Positions 11,881-49,536 are shown, numbered from the stretch's first letter. The stretch: 64,000 bases of DNA from Amoebidium appalachense (GCA_963693365.1 CAVNZM010000011.1:2340989-2404988), one strand, 5' to 3'. Notes: generated by a model not told the origin, from the letters alone. Numbers and translations are program-made.

Positions 11881-12401
11881 GATTTTGGAGTGACTTTCGG
11901 GAGCCGCCTGTACAATTCAAGTGCTGAATCAGGCCAGGCACCTCGACACTCATGTTGATCAGATTCTGCGCAGTACAAAGGCGATTTTTTTGATTAGCAA
12001 AAGGGTGTCTTCTCGGACTGGGTGTTCAGTTGCATGTCCACGTTCAGATACAGTTTTTACAGCTATGCTTCCCTGCAGCAGCATGTAGTCGATATGTGCC
12101 CAATTGCTGGGAAAGAGAGTAAGTGAGTGGGTCTGAGCGAGTGGGTGAGTGAGTGAGTGTGCGTGCACGTGTGTGGGTGTGGGTGTGTGGGTGTGTGGGT
12201 GTGTGTCAGTGTGTACGGTGTGTGTGTGTATACATATGTGTCAGTGTGTGTGTGTGTGTCTCTGTGTTTTTTTTTTTTGGAGGGTGGGGGTTTGGGGGCG
12301 GAGGTGGGTTTGTGGTGTGTGCATGTGCCTGTGTTTGTGTGTGCGTGTGGGGCCGTGGGGACAGGGGGGAGGGGGGGAGGGGGGGAGGGGGGGGGGGGGG
12401 G

Positions 12402-12433
<32 letters not shown>

Positions 12434-12962
12434 TTAACTTTTTCAACCGTTTCTTTTTTCATGCCCCTTCTTGCTGCAGATTCACTGTCTGCATATCCTA
12501 CCTAGTTGTTATTTTTATTCAACTTTAAGCCCCTTTGTGTAATACGTTGCTGGGCTGGATTCAATTATCACCATTTGATCAGTGACACGGTACAGGCGGT
12601 TAGGACGGTCTGGTATCTAAGACTTGTATCTCTTCTTGTTGCACGAAATACTACCTCTTATCTCTATAATTAGAACTTGCATTTTTACGTACACTCCAGC
12701 TTATCTATAAAGCTGCTATATACTACGATGGTAAATCTCCAAATACCTGAACACCTCCGGGGGGCACTAGGCAAGCCCTAAAATTACCTCCTTACTACCT
12801 GAGATTACCTCATTACTATAGTATAATTGCCTCTTGAATCATTATATCCATCTTTGCCTAAATCTACATAATCGTTCCTTCAAAACTACGGGTACACACG
12901 TCTTCATGTGTCATTGCATAAAACAACCTAGCTTTTTTCCCCCAAACCTATCCACAAACTAT

Positions 12963-13405
12963 CTAAGGGTAACCTGGGTGGAGGTTAGGCATGTTTGTGC
13001 CGAAAGCAAAGATGAGGCCAGCCACCGTGCCGGCCAAAGGCAGAGTCAAAATCCACCCAAAGAGGCAGATGGCCACCATCTTCAGTTGACGGCCTTTACA
13101 CCTCCATTCTGCAGCAGAGCAAAATAGATCAGTAATGTAAACCAGGGTGTAGATATACTTAATTACTGTAATTATAAAAAAAATGAAAGAAAAAGGATAG
13201 GAAACCGGCCCCGTTTTTGTCAGGCCCGACTTAATTTCAGCATGGTCAAGCCTTTTTGTTTTTGTAATCTCTCATACACATTTGCGCGCGTGAATGTGCC
13301 ACTTAGGTTGTGATCTAATGTCAGTAAAGACAGGCAAGGAAATGTTATAGCGCGTCATTGAGGTGATAAGGTAAATATATGCAATTGTGTGTGTGTGTGT
13401 GTGTA

Positions 13406-13462
<57 letters not shown>

Positions 13463-15128
13463 CTGTGGATGGGGGCCGGGGGGGGGGGGGGGGGGTTCAA
13501 TACGGCATGCCTTAAGATAGGTATATCTAGAGGCATTTTGAAACAAAGGTCTAATTTTTTTTCCTAAAAGCCTTTTTTTACTTTTTTTTTTTTTTTTTGT
13601 GTGTATTTTCTCGGTATGCGTGTGCATGTGTGTGTCTGACGTCTGTGTGTGTGTTCGGTGGTGGTAGCTGAGGAGGAGGTGCATGTGCAGCGTAGGACGA
13701 TTTGAAAGGAAGGAGCGTTGCTACTTGACGGGAGGCGGGAAGAAACCTGTGTGCATATATATGCGTGTTCGCTCGCGCATCAATATCTCTCGGCTCACAC
13801 TCACGCGTATAGGCGCGTGACAGCTTGTTTTTTGTGGGGTATGTGTGTGTGTGGGGAGGGGAGGGGGAGGGGGGGGGGGGAGGGGGGGGGAGGGGGGGGG
13901 GGGGGGGGGGGGCAACGTACACAAAGACCAACGGCAGCCGTAGCACCCGTGATGCATTGAGCGGTGGATACTGGCAGACCGAGATAGGAGGCAGTCAGCA
14001 CAGTCACCATGGCTCCAAGCTCCATGGAGAACCCACGGGAGGGCGACATGTAGGTGACGTTATTGCCAAGTGCACGCATGATGTGGTAGCCGTAGAGCAT
14101 GAGGCCTGTACGTGTATGTGTGTGTGTGTTAGTGTATGTTAGTTTACTCTCCTTTAAGAATGATGGGTAGGGGGAAGGCCCAGGTTATGCGCTTCCGGAA
14201 GGTGGGGACAAACAGGGAGGGAGGCCATAAGGTAAAGCAAAAAGAAGTACAATGACGCCGCTACAGTCGTGCAGGCATGAATGATTTGCCCGCAAGCGCG
14301 CGCGCGCACACACACACACACACACACGCGCGCGCGCGCCCGCGCACCCGCGCGCGCGGATGCGCGCCCGCGTGCGCGAGAGTACACAAACCTCAAAAGT
14401 GTTGAGAAAGAAAGAGTGGGGTGGGTGCAAGGCGACCCAGTGGTACTCAGCGGTACCAAGTTTAACACAGACATATACACATGTTCACTCGCACACAAGA
14501 AAAGGGGAACAGAAGGGGTGTGTGTGTGTGTGTGTGTGGTGGTGGTGGTGGTGCTGGTTGGGGGGGGGGGGGGGGGGGGGGGGGGAGGGGGGGGGGGGGA
14601 GGGGGGGAGGGGGGGGGGGAGGGGGGGGCGCAAGAGGGCCGAAGGGAGTGCAGGTGTGTTAAGTAGTGGCTGTGGAAGAGTTGCTAGGTATCTTACCGAG
14701 CACAATACCAGCACCGCCATAGGCAAGCATCCACGTAGGCACCACGGATGCCTTGGGGATCACGCCAGAATGGTAAATGGAATAGATGGTGGCTAGGGGG
14801 GCCATGGCATTGCCTACGTCATTGGCACCGTGCACGTGGGAGAACGAGGCCATTGCACTGGTGAGCACCTATGGGTAGGCGTATGTGTCAGATCATTTGT
14901 GTTTTGCTCAAGTCTGCCGTGAGATATGTGTAGTGATAGTATACTATACACAGTAGATTTTTTTGTTTTTATATCAACGCCCTCCCTCCCCTCCCCCTCC
15001 CCATTTATTGATCTTACCCCCCCCCCCCCCCCCCCCCCCTCTCTCTTCCTCCCCCCCCCCCCCCCCCCCCCCCCCCCCAAGCATTTATTATTTGTTACTA
15101 TGTTACCGTCATTAAAAAATTTGGCGGT

Positions 15129-15195
<67 letters not shown>

Positions 15196-15478
15196 AATTG
15201 GGGCAGTGAAAGAAAGAAAACCGAGGAATAGGGTGTCTAGGGGTATTTTTTCAGCGGTTGTGGGGGTTGCATGCGCAGAGGTTGCCCATGACGGGGATAC
15301 TGATGCAAGGCATATTCAGAGAGCCGGGGTGGGGGGGGGGGAGGGAGGGGGGGGAGGGGGGCACAATAACTCTCTTTCACTGAGGGAAAATTCTGCGTAC
15401 GCACCTGAGTCCACTGGAAGACACGCTCAGTCCTGGGCTCATACTTGGATGCGCGGCCATGCACAGCTGCCATCTTGT
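12963..15478 (-). pseudogene. PiT/PHO4 (SLC20/Pho89-like) phosphate transporter, C-terminal half only, frameshifted
   Basis: Phase-consistent exons 15478-15405 (KMAAVHGRASKYEPRTERVFQWTQ), 14868-14697 (SFSHVHGANDVGNAMAPL), 14105-13921 (MSPSRGFSMELG..LPVSTAQCITGA) and 13108-12963. The last reads NGGVKAVN-TGA-AG-MVAICLFGWILTLP, one base short of AVNWKM. No N-terminal GANDVAN repeat found upstream before the myosin tail. Confidence 0.8.
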
Positions 15479-17536
15479 CTGCATTGTATAATAAAACGGG
15501 ACAGATCTGGGTGCCCCAACGTCACGTGTGCCCGCCCACACCTCCTATTTGCTGCAAACGAGCGTGTTCACTGAGTCAGTGGAGTGGGGCCGGGTATGTG
15601 CTCTTTGTATATCGACAGGGACTCATGGGTACACATATGTGGTGCTGTAGGTGGTGCAGGCACCACCTGGGGCAACACATACTTCCACTAACCAACGAGG
15701 CACAAGAGTGTAAATATTGTGTATATGTGGAGATAGGTGGTCTTTTGGTTATCGGATATTGCCAAAATTTCCTGATTAGGTTTCTACTACATTGGAAAGC
15801 ACATATTTTTTTGTGTGTTAAATTTTCAAAGTTTAGCCCGGTTGCGACACAGTGTGATCACCAGGCTGAGCTCTGAGTGGATTGCCGGGAGGCGAGCAGG
15901 ATATATTTTTTCCGGGTAGGACCCCCACCCCACCACACACACACAAACAGACATCTTCCCCCCCTGCAGCTGAATGTGGGAAGGGGCTGGACACAAGTGC
16001 ACCATCCGATCACGAGCAGGTGGGTCCCCCTAAGCCAAAGTGTCCTGATGCTTATAAACCCCCCAAGGCCTCCCACACAAGGACCCCCCAAAGGTCTCCG
16101 GCTCAAAAATTTAGCATGTCTTTGTGCCCTCTCCAGACACCAGAACACCGAGCTCAGGTCAATAGCACCCCCTCGGCACCGCGAATCCGTGGCAGTCGGA
16201 GATATCCCCCACTTGATTAAGGCGGAAAGAAAAAGTTTACCTACTACATAATGACCATCTCGTCACCGAAAAGGGTATATCCTATATCCAGCAGCAGCAG
16301 CATGCATTTGAGCAAATACATCTCTTCTCAAAATATTACTTCAAATACATGTTACAGCTTTTTTATGGCTTCATACTCAATTAGATAAACAATATATTAT
16401 TTGACGTCGGTCGGTCACGGGCTTGAACGCAAGTAACCTGCAGCTGTTGCCCTTTTCATTTTATATATTCGTTTGATATATATCTGCAGCTAGCCCCCAT
16501 GTAAACTAGCTAGCTACCTACATCTCTTCGAAATGTGTGATTGCGAGAATTGACCTCTTCAGGCCCGCTCTAATTGATTTGTCTGCCATTGGGTCTCCCT
16601 CTCTGTCCCTCTCTCTTCCCCTCTCCCTTTCACATCTCTCTCTGTCTCTCTCTCTCTCTTTCCGGAAACTCCCCCCCCCCCCCCCCCAAAAAAAAAAAAA
16701 AAAAATTCAATTGCAAACTCTGCCCCCCCCCCCCCCCCCCCCCCCTTCCCCGTCCCTCTTGCACACGTGCCACACGCATGCCATTGGGTCGCAACCAACA
16801 CACTGAAGCCACTCGATTACATATACAGTATTCAAGGCTTAAAAACCATTACGAAAGTTCAGTCTAAAAGACAGCATTGCCTACACCACGTGCATCAATC
16901 ATGTTCTAATCCAGCACAATGTCAATTCAGCTTGCTTGCGACTACTTTACTATACATCCAGGGCAGCTGGTAAAGCTTATGTTGTCAAAAGAAGTGTCTG
17001 TACATATTTCCATAGCTACTGCGGGAAAACTCAACCGTTCAACTAACATACATTCAGAAAACGGATTCACAAAACTGACTGTAAGAAACTCATAGGAAAG
17101 GCCCCACTCAGCTCCAGCAAAACATACTTCGATACAATTGGGCATACGGATCGCTTCAATTACAACCAGCATACATACGACCGAGCCATTCGTTCCTGTC
17201 TACTTGACCTTATAATGTATTACAGTACTTTGTGCTACACAAACAGTCCTTCATGTTTCTACATAGCCATACATCACCATTAAAGGAAGCTACCAGATAT
17301 ATATATCTGTGTGGGCATATTGCACCGTGTGTTTATCTACTTATTTGTCCTTGTTATTTGTAGCCCTGACTGTGCTTCCTCAGGAGCCCGGTGCGGAAGA
17401 TTTACCCTAACTAGCAAGTGGCTAAGGCTGCTGTGTGGGTGTATTTGTGTGCGGGTATATTGTATCCCTGCCCAATTTGATGTGCACAGCCGCGGTGGGT
17501 AAGGGGAAAAGCAGACGGGAAGGGGGGAGATGCGAA

Positions 17537-17599
<63 letters not shown>

Positions 17600-17643
17600 G
17601 GAGGAGAAGGGGAGAAGGGGACGGAAGGTACGGGAGAAGGGGG

Positions 17644-17677
<34 letters not shown>

Positions 17678-18255
17678 AATGGAGAAGAGGATGGGTTGGT
17701 TGGCTAAGCAGGATGACTGCTGTCGCTTGGGGGCTGTGGTGGTCTCTGGGGTGTAGCACCCCACCGTCCAAACCCAAGACCCAACGCCCCAAGTAGACCC
17801 TTTCGAAGTAAATGCATCAGTAGCTGCCTTTGCCCCCCCCCCCCCCCCCCCCTCCCCCCCCCCGGGGGCCCACCCCCCTGTGGGCCCCCTGCTGGATCTT
17901 GATCAATATATGTACCCTCGAAGACAAAACACGGAAAAGAAAAATCGAGAAAGGGTAAATCTGTGAAGTTACGGGTGGCCAATAGAATAATATTTTAAAT
18001 GTGGGTAAGTTGTGTGTGCCGTATTGATTTGAGTTTTAGTTTTTTGTCAACCTGTCTCTCAACACTGTTAGGCAACTAGGAGGCTTCAACCAGCTAATGT
18101 AATTATTCCTTGTTGTGGGTGTAATGCGAATAAAAAGAAAAACCAGCTTTCAAACTCTAGTAAGTGAAGGAAGTCTGAACCACAGTGACAGTGGGTGTTC
18201 GGAGGGAAAGGAGAAAGCAGGGGGCCACTGGCGTTGGGGTCGTGGTGGTGTGGTG

Positions 18256-18319
<64 letters not shown>

Positions 18320-18375
18320 GTGGGAGGAGGGTGGGGTGGGGTGGGCTGGGGTGGGCTGGGGGGTAGGAGTGGGTG

Positions 18376-18422
<47 letters not shown>

Positions 18423-18496
18423 CATGATTATTATTAATTTTATTGTTTTTTGGTGGTGGTGGTGGTGGTGGTGGTGGTGGTGGTGGTGGTGGTGGT

Positions 18497-18541
<45 letters not shown>

Positions 18542-18846
18542 AACAGGCCCAGGCGAAGACAAGGAGGGCCCAAGACCCGAACCAACCACATGAGGTGTGC
18601 CATACAGCTGACCCCTCACCACCCCCCTGCACCCGAACATTAGACATAGGCCATAACTCATAACACAAAAAAACAGGTACATTCGATTACATACAAGCAA
18701 TGAGGGGGACTAATATAAACCTTTTCGCTTGAGCCCGCGAAAGCCTTGTGTATATGTGCGCAAACGTCTAAAAGGAAGCACACAACAGTATTTCAACCAT
18801 GCACATGCAGCGTATCTGTACCGTGGATCGTAGGTGGAGCACTTAC

Positions 18847-41509
<22,663 letters not shown>

Positions 41510-42952
41510 GGGTGCTGTTGGCTGGAAGCCTCGCTGTTGATTGGCTTATGCCGGGCCTTAATCTCTACAACCGCTGGAGTGGTCTATTATTCTGTTTACC
41601 AAATACAGCCTTCTCCACGGAATCACCCCCAACTCTCCGACCGGTAGGGCTCCAAGAATTTTAAGGGAACGTGTTGATGGAAACAAGGAGCAAAAAACTG
41701 GCACAGTGCTGGACTCTGGATTTGCTACTGAGAGCATCCCTCTTGCTGTGCACCTCGTTCCATGCCCAGCGTGAAACAGTCATATGTTCTAGTGTGTGTG
41801 AACGGTAGAGAGGAGCTGTAGAGAGGGCAAGCTGAAACCCTTGAATGGTGTTCGTCTTTGCGTGCGCGTCTCAGAAACAGCAGAAGCTGTGTACGTTGCG
41901 TGCCGTGTGTCCCAAGCTTGGCTGTGCGGGGCTGGTGCGGGCACAGCCAATCACCAGCCTGGCCCAGTATCATTACCGCCCCGCACTTATTCTTGGTCAT
42001 ACTTATCTCGCCGGATATCGCCGCCGAGGCCAGTATCCGCATGTTTATCGGTTCTTTCACACTGCCTTTATGTGCTGCCTTCAAATTTTTATTATTGCAT
42101 TTTTATTTATTTTTATCCCGTTTCACTCCCGGCGAGGCACTGCCTCAGGGGAGCTCACTGTCTTCCGCCTAAACACAGATCGTACTGTATAGAGCTACTG
42201 TATAGCACACTCATAAGTCAGGATTCTAGTTGACCCCAACTGGCACTATTTTTAGTTACGCCTTATCCCACGGTTCTGGCCGCAGCAACGCTACACCATG
42301 GCCAGCCGGGAGCGAGCCGGGACACATACACAAACATAAAGACTTGAAAGGGAAAACCCCATGCCGATTGGTCCCCCACTTGAACGATGGGCTGGGATGC
42401 CCAAGCGGCGCGCCGTTGACGTCAGAGGGCCGGTGCTGTTTATGACGTCATGTCTTGCGGTCGGATGATAACAAATTGGTGGTGCTGCTTGACGTGGTCT
42501 GGGGTGATGGCTTCTAGGGGGCGGCCAGACCGGTGGACTGATCGAGGCAGAACAAAAATCGGAAGTAACCAGGATCGATCCTACGCCTTTGAGCCTCCTT
42601 AACACGCAGAGATCTTACCATTGCACCAACCCGCCCCCCTCCCTCCCCAGTCTGACCCCCCCCCCCCCCCCCCCCCCCCGGTGCTGCCTTTAAATACCAG
42701 GCATCTTTCTTGTAGCCCTTGCTTTTCCTCTATCTTATTTTCCTTCAAGAAAAAAGGGGAAAAGGGCACCTATTCCGCAAGCTTCGCGATCGCGACAAAC
42801 GGGTTCTTCGAAGAACAAACATTCATAGCGTAGTAAAGGCCCGTGTATCGTAGGGCAAACTTGACGTGCACGTGGCAACTGCAAATTAAATAGCTCAGTG
42901 AATAAATTCAGTCTGAGTGTGTAATCGGGCGGGGGTGGTGGTAGTGGTGGCG

Positions 42953-42983
<31 letters not shown>

Positions 42984-43455
42984 GTGAGTGTGTGTGAGCG
43001 TGTGGTGTGTGTGTGTGTGTGTGTGTGTGCGTGCGCGTGGCACGTGTGTACGTTTGTACGTGTGTGTGTGTGTGTGTGTGTGTGACTGTGAGTGTGCTGG
43101 AGTGGGCGTCGATGACTGAATGTATGTGTGTATGCGTGCGGGTGTGTGTGCGTGTTGGGGGGTAGGGGGGTGGGGTGGGGTGGGTGGGTGATGGTGGGTC
43201 GGTGGGTGGGTGGGTGGTGGGGGGCACATACAACGACATAGACTCGAACTGGAAAGGGCACTGTGATGTACATTCATTGCACTCTTAGGTTGGGGCGGGC
43301 TGCCCGGCTGCCCGCCAGGGGCACCATGTTTTAGATACGTATCAAGAATCGGACTGGATATTGCTCATATGCATACTTGCCAAGTGTGATTTGCCTTGTC
43401 TCTCAGCCAACAAAAAAAAAACTAACCTCAGGATCAAGCTCTGCTCCGGTAATTA

Positions 43456-46246
43456 TTAGTCAATTAGAAGTTCTTCACATGTCCAGTCTTCATAACTGCC
43501 ATCGGGGAGGTAGCGCCGCACAATGATGGGAATCTTGTGTTCTGCAAAAGTTGAAAGGAAGAAAATGTATTAGTTATGACGCAACTTCGATATCGAGGAG
43601 GAAAGAAACGAAAATGTTCACGTCTCAAAGCGGACATGCACTGGGCAAATGGCAGACTGCAGACGGACACATCAACCCATGGACACACATAAATATCTGA
43701 ACCCCCCAAGGCCAACATGTACCATTCTGACGACACGTACTTGCTCTCACCTTCTATACAAGCGGAAAACGAACCCTGCAATGCCCTCCCACATTCTCTA
43801 CCCCACTACCCCACACTTACAATGTCTTTGCAGAACTCTCCTTCCAGCTTATACGCTACTTATGATTAGCCATACACCAGAGCATCTGTACATTGAGCAT
43901 CAAATAGCTTGCTTTGCGACCACACATACCAGCACACTGTGGGTATGCATGGCCTCACAGCCATAAACATTTGAAGTCTGCGTGCAAATACACAAGTGTG
44001 CATACACAAACATAGGGGCGCACAAACACAAACAGAAACACACACACACACACGCACACACACACACACACACAGACACACACACACACACACAAGCGTG
44101 CACACATAAACGTACGAGCGCGCACGCACGCACACGCACACACGCACGCACACACGCACACACATTCACACACATTCACACACACACACACACACACATT
44201 CACACAAGCACACACACACATTCACACACACACACACACGCACACACGCACACACTCACACGCACACGCACACGCACACGCACACACACACACACACACA
44301 CACACTATAACAGACACACACACACACACACACACCTACCTTTGAGCTCCTTCATAGCAATTTGCAGCGGATCTGTCTCACCACCCAACTCCACCATGAT
44401 CGGCGCGTTCATACTGGACGCAGACCAACATCGTCAAAAACTATCATTGTATTAACCCACAGAACTACTTCCTTCCCTCGGCATGTTTGCAGCCACATCC
44501 CATTTGTGCAGCACGAGGCTTCAGTCTTTTTGCCTTAGCACTATCAGGAGCTCAACAGCCTGGAAAAGCAAAAAAACCAACGACTTGCAGCACATTTAAC
44601 TCACACAGCCATTACACATTCAAGAACACCTGACTGCATAAGCCACAAACAGAACACACATGCACGCGCACCAGTCAGTCACATGACATTCATAGACGAA
44701 GTATGCAGGGGTCCTCATGCAAGCAGACAAATTCACAAAACGTCACCCCCAGCTGAGGCTAACAGCCATGAGAACCATCCCCAGCACATACCTAATCTGC
44801 AGTGCCCGTGTGCCCAGTACACGTGCCCTCTCATACTTGGTCATGTACGGTGTTGTTGTGCGCTGCTTCTTTGCACCCTCGCCTATGTAATGTCCCTCTG
44901 TCGTGCCAAATCAGTTCATGCCCATCAGCCGTGCTAGCCCAACTATCAAAAGCGTGTACACACGCACAGATACACGCAACCACCCACCAAATCCACCCAC
45001 CCACCCCACCCAACCCCCAACCACACTCACTTTGTCTCTACATACATTGCATGCACAAATGTGTATGTGTACACACCCACCCACCCACCCACCCACCCAC
45101 CCAATTTCACTCCCGATAATATCACAGAATCGAAAGGCTTTTACTGTCGAAGCAAGCCGTCAGCTTTACAACCTCCCCTCTGCTTCCTTCCCCCCTTAAC
45201 CACCTATCATCATCATATGGGGACGAAACCATTTTCCAACCTGCCATAAATCCCTACACGATGTGCTCCACAATAATTCTTCCGCACGTACGGTGCCCAT
45301 ACCCAATTACAACAAAGAAAGAACTATAGCCCCCCCCCCCCCCCCCTCTCTTTCTCACAATGAAAGGGGGAAGGAGCAGACGTGCAAACACATGTTTGGG
45401 TGCAGACCCTACCTGCATCAAGAAATTCTACGTTCTCTTCTTCCTCGTTCTCCTCTTGTTGCTGCATCCCACAAGTCTAGTGTTAACCTCCCCCCCTCTG
45501 CCCCTTCCCCCCCCCCCCCACCACCACCACACACAACACACACCCCTCTCCCTCAAATGCCCCAAACACACACACACATACACAACGCATTGAAAAAAAC
45601 AATCCAAACCTTGCAGTCCATATCCCCAACTTTTACCATTCGACGGCTTCTATCAACTCCTGCTCGTATTACCAGTATTCACACGCTCCAGGGCCCAAGC
45701 GCCTTGCTTGCCACACAAAACTGCCAACCCCGCCTCCCCCCCTCCCCCCTCCCCCCCCCCCCCCCCCCACACACACACCCTTCCCAGCCCTTTTCCAAGG
45801 GAGTGGCGGGGGGGGGGGGGGGGGGGGGGGAGGGGGGGAGGGGGGAGGGGGGCAACGGAGGCGAGGAATTGCCAGAAGAGGTAATAGAAGCCACATGTCG
45901 GGTTAAGTGATTATAAAATCATGAGAGTACAAGAGACACATACGGGATCAAGAAACAAATACCCAGCCACAAAGTACAAGTGAAAGCGGACCCCCCCCCC
46001 TCTCCCCGGCCCCCCATTCCCTGGACATCAGCACCGGCTAAAGGCCACCACCGGTCTATCCTTCCCCTCTCTCCCCTCCCCCCAACCCCACGCACTTTGG
46101 TTCATCACCACAAGCACAGCCACAAACTATCTAACCCCCCCCCCCCACCCACCCACCCACACACACACACCCCTTGCCCTCGCCACAACAAAAGCCTACT
46201 GCCATCATTGTATCCTCCCCTCCCTCCCCCTCCTCCCCCTCCCGCC

Positions 46247-46312
<66 letters not shown>

Positions 46313-47152
46313 ACACCTCCCTTCAAACTCTTCTTGTCCCGTCAGAACAACAACTGTCCCACTGCCATGTGGCCAAAATCTCTTTCCTCCTCCCCCTCCC
46401 CCCCCCCCCCAACACACACACACACACACACACGCACACTCACACGCACACACACCGGGCACGTCACAACTAACAGATGTCGCAACCGTGCTTTGGTCGG
46501 ATAGGGTTTACGAATATAAGTGCCAAGTTTTCTTTAGTAGCTGACAGGTCCTCAAATTGCTTATTCCTTGACTACCTTACTGCATGGACACAGGTTATCC
46601 ACTCGCGAGTTATCACTGCCAACTTCCTGCCCACGTGTGTCCTTTCGTGCCAGGTATGCATGATGTGCACTTTGCACAAAACAAAGTGCGAATGCTCGAG
46701 TGTGTTGGTGTGCAAGGTTTGTTTCAGCATGTGTGTGTGTACCTGCACTGGTACGTATGTGCTTGTGTATGCGTTCCTATCGGTGTGTAGGTGCTCGTAA
46801 GCGTACCCCCACCCACCTCCATTTCTTCGTCAAAGTTGTCGTCCATTTCATAGTCGTCCATGTCTCCCCCGTCTCCCCCTCCATATCTGCAACCCCTACT
46901 TTAGTTTTCGACCCAACCACCTGTGTACCATTCTTGTATCTCTGTTTTATAGTGCCAACCTTGTATCTCTTTTTATAGTGCAGTCTGCGCATAACACAGA
47001 CAGCCTGTTCCACCACCATAGACACAGGTAGCTTGATCATTCGTCGAGTACAGGGGGGACTTCAAATCTTGGCACTTATTCGTTTGGAAAAAATCTGAAG
47101 AGCCACATAGAAATTGTGATGCTGCTGCTTACCCTCCCTCGTCGTCCGACAT
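43456..47152 (-). CDS. RPB6: DNA-directed RNA polymerases I, II and III subunit RPABC2 (RPB6), 129 aa, 6 exons
   Basis: Exons 47152-47133, 46886-46817, 45461-45413, 44882-44792, 44413-44340, 43541-43456, all GT-AG and in phase (390 nt). Product: [106 protein letters not shown], the diagnostic RPB6/POLR2F sequence. Confidence 0.97.
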
Positions 47153-49536
47153 TCTTGGTGGTCAGTGCCTTGAGCAGTGCCGGGACTTCGTCAGTGTGTG
47201 TAAATTGTATATTCCGATTGAAAGCTGGGGAGCATATGGTATAAACACAATTTGTGGCCAAAATGGCGTGCGACCTCTGAAACAAGTATGCGGCTAAACT
47301 GGCGTCTCTTGTCACTATCACCAAATACGAAAAAAAAAAACGTTCAGCTGATTATGCTTCAATTGAACAAGTGAAATCCAAGTAAGCACAGAGCATCTCC
47401 TACTGTTCTGTTCTCACAGACCGGGTAGTGACGTGTCACATGCACAGTCGTACCTAATTATAGTAGCTTAAAGATCTTTAATATCTATTTATAGAAGAAA
47501 TTGGCCCAACTAATGATGTCGCAAACTTTTTTCGCGCCAAAACTTTCACCGGAACAGTCGCAGTCAAACGTTGTCTGAGTAAGGAGGCCTTGTGTCTGAG
47601 ACGTCCGAGTCTGGACTCAAGCTTGGTTTGGTTTCTAAAGCTTGACTTGGAGGTCCTACAGCCTCAGGCCGAACGTACACTACAGTAATCATACGGCACA
47701 GTGTAGTTGCTCCCGTGCCCCTGCTATTTTTTTTGCACGCGAATGGTGTGCGAGTAACTCCAGATTCTGCTATGTTTCAGAGGGCACTACGGCAAGCTTG
47801 CAGACTTTTCACTTCAGTGCACCATGAACGCCTTCACAGGGGAGCCATAACCCCACCTTAGCCGGTTGTCAGTATTCATTTGTGTGGCCTAGACAGCAAC
47901 TAAACTTACACACGAATACGCACACGATTCAATACCCGGATGATATTCCTACTTTTTTTTAATGTTTTATAAAGACTTTTTTTTGGCGCGCAAAAGTTTC
48001 ATGCCATGGTTCAGCCAGATAATTATTTATTTAAATTCAAAAACGCCTGCTGCCAGTTCAGGCATCGCAAGGACAAATTCTGCCCTGGGCTACAACGCTG
48101 CACCTACGTCTATACATAAACTCGCGCAATCCAAACACACACTGCTAAAAGGGTGGAACACGCGACTAGAGCAAGCTTTTCACTTGGTGTTGTGGTGAGT
48201 ACAAAAACTTTGAGATCGAACTATCCCGGGACCTGCCTTTGCAGGAGATCACAGTTTTTCAAACATGTGACTAACAACTTCGCGGCAACACAGTTATGTG
48301 AGCACAGGTATATTGGATTTCTGTGCTTTGGAACCCCCCCGCGCCCCCCTCCCCCACCCCTCCTCCCCGCACTCGTCTCCCTTCATGAGTTACCTGATCC
48401 CCCCCCCCCCCCCCCCCCCTCCCCCCAGGGGCTTAGCATGGCTCCTAATACGCACAGCTGTGCAAAAGGCAGACTCAACCTTAGTAATTTGTACGCATTT
48501 GAAAGGCACAATCTTGGAACTTTCTTCAAGTCTGGTGTCTCACTCTCCGTGTCATAATTTTTGTGCTGTGTGTACCAGTGGCTCATTCAAGGCAGTTCAA
48601 ACACGTATACTGTGTGGCAAACAGGTAGTATTGAGATAGATGCTTGCCTGGGAAGGCCCTTGGAAGGACCATCACGTGGTTGCCACACCCACGGCTATTG
48701 AGAAGAGAGAAACCCCTTCCCGCCCAATTCTGCAGATGCAGCTGCCTCGCTAGGCCAAGAGATATCCCAAACTTTCCCGGAAAGACGTACACTGTAAGTG
48801 ACTATTGCGTTCCTTTGCAACCAAAAACCCGTGCACCAGACATGTTATACTTCGTTTTTTGGGACGGTGGAAGCGGTTATGGGAGGATCATCGAGTCAAG
48901 CCTGATTTTTTGGTTTACTAGGCTACTGCATCAACCTACTTGACGAGGCTACATAGTACAACTATCACATCTTGAGCTGAAGCTAGGTATACGCACCGTT
49001 ATCCCTTGTCATGACGAGTTGTGTGGCCAGTTCACATGCAAACAGATTGCAGATAGTAGTTTTTATTTACCAGGGCAGTATATTTTGCATAAACACCTGT
49101 GTACTTCAACAAATAAGATGCATACTTAGTTGGGCACCAGGCTCAGGGGCCTCCGTTGCCGTTGGTCTTTGGCAGGGCCCTTGCAAAAAGCGCTGCAGTC
49201 GTGCACGGGCTGTCTCAGTTGTCAGTAGTACGTACGTGACAGGGTCGTCGGCTATTGGATAGCGCTTGGTCTTTCATATTTATGATACAGGGAGTCTTTA
49301 ATTGGTTTAAAACACTTTGTAAAGGTTTGTAAAGATTATAATAATTGTAAGACTATATATATATTTTAATGCGAGCACTAGTTTTGGCCGGTTCGTTTTT
49401 GACCTCTCCTGAGTCGTCTGAGCGACGCCATCCTTGCCGTGGCGCCAAAGAAATTTTTTTTTGTCTGCACTCGAGCCATTCAGGCTGCCGACAACTCGTG
49501 CGTCTCTGTCTGTCTACCCCCCACCTCGTCGCAAGA

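Noticed and set aside
13082-13084. TGA as selenocysteine or Trp recoding in the PiT gene
   Set aside because: The downstream conserved sequence is in a different frame, so this is a 1-bp deletion; TGA also serves as the stop of the kinase gene.
41725-42870. Short ORFs between myosin and RPB6 as genes or transposase fragments
   Set aside because: No recognisable motifs or consistent splice structure; probably promoter/UTR or decayed repeats.
46777-47040. 87-aa Lys-rich minus-strand ORF as an independent gene
   Set aside because: It overlaps RPB6 intron 1 and exon 2, which is read in a different frame.
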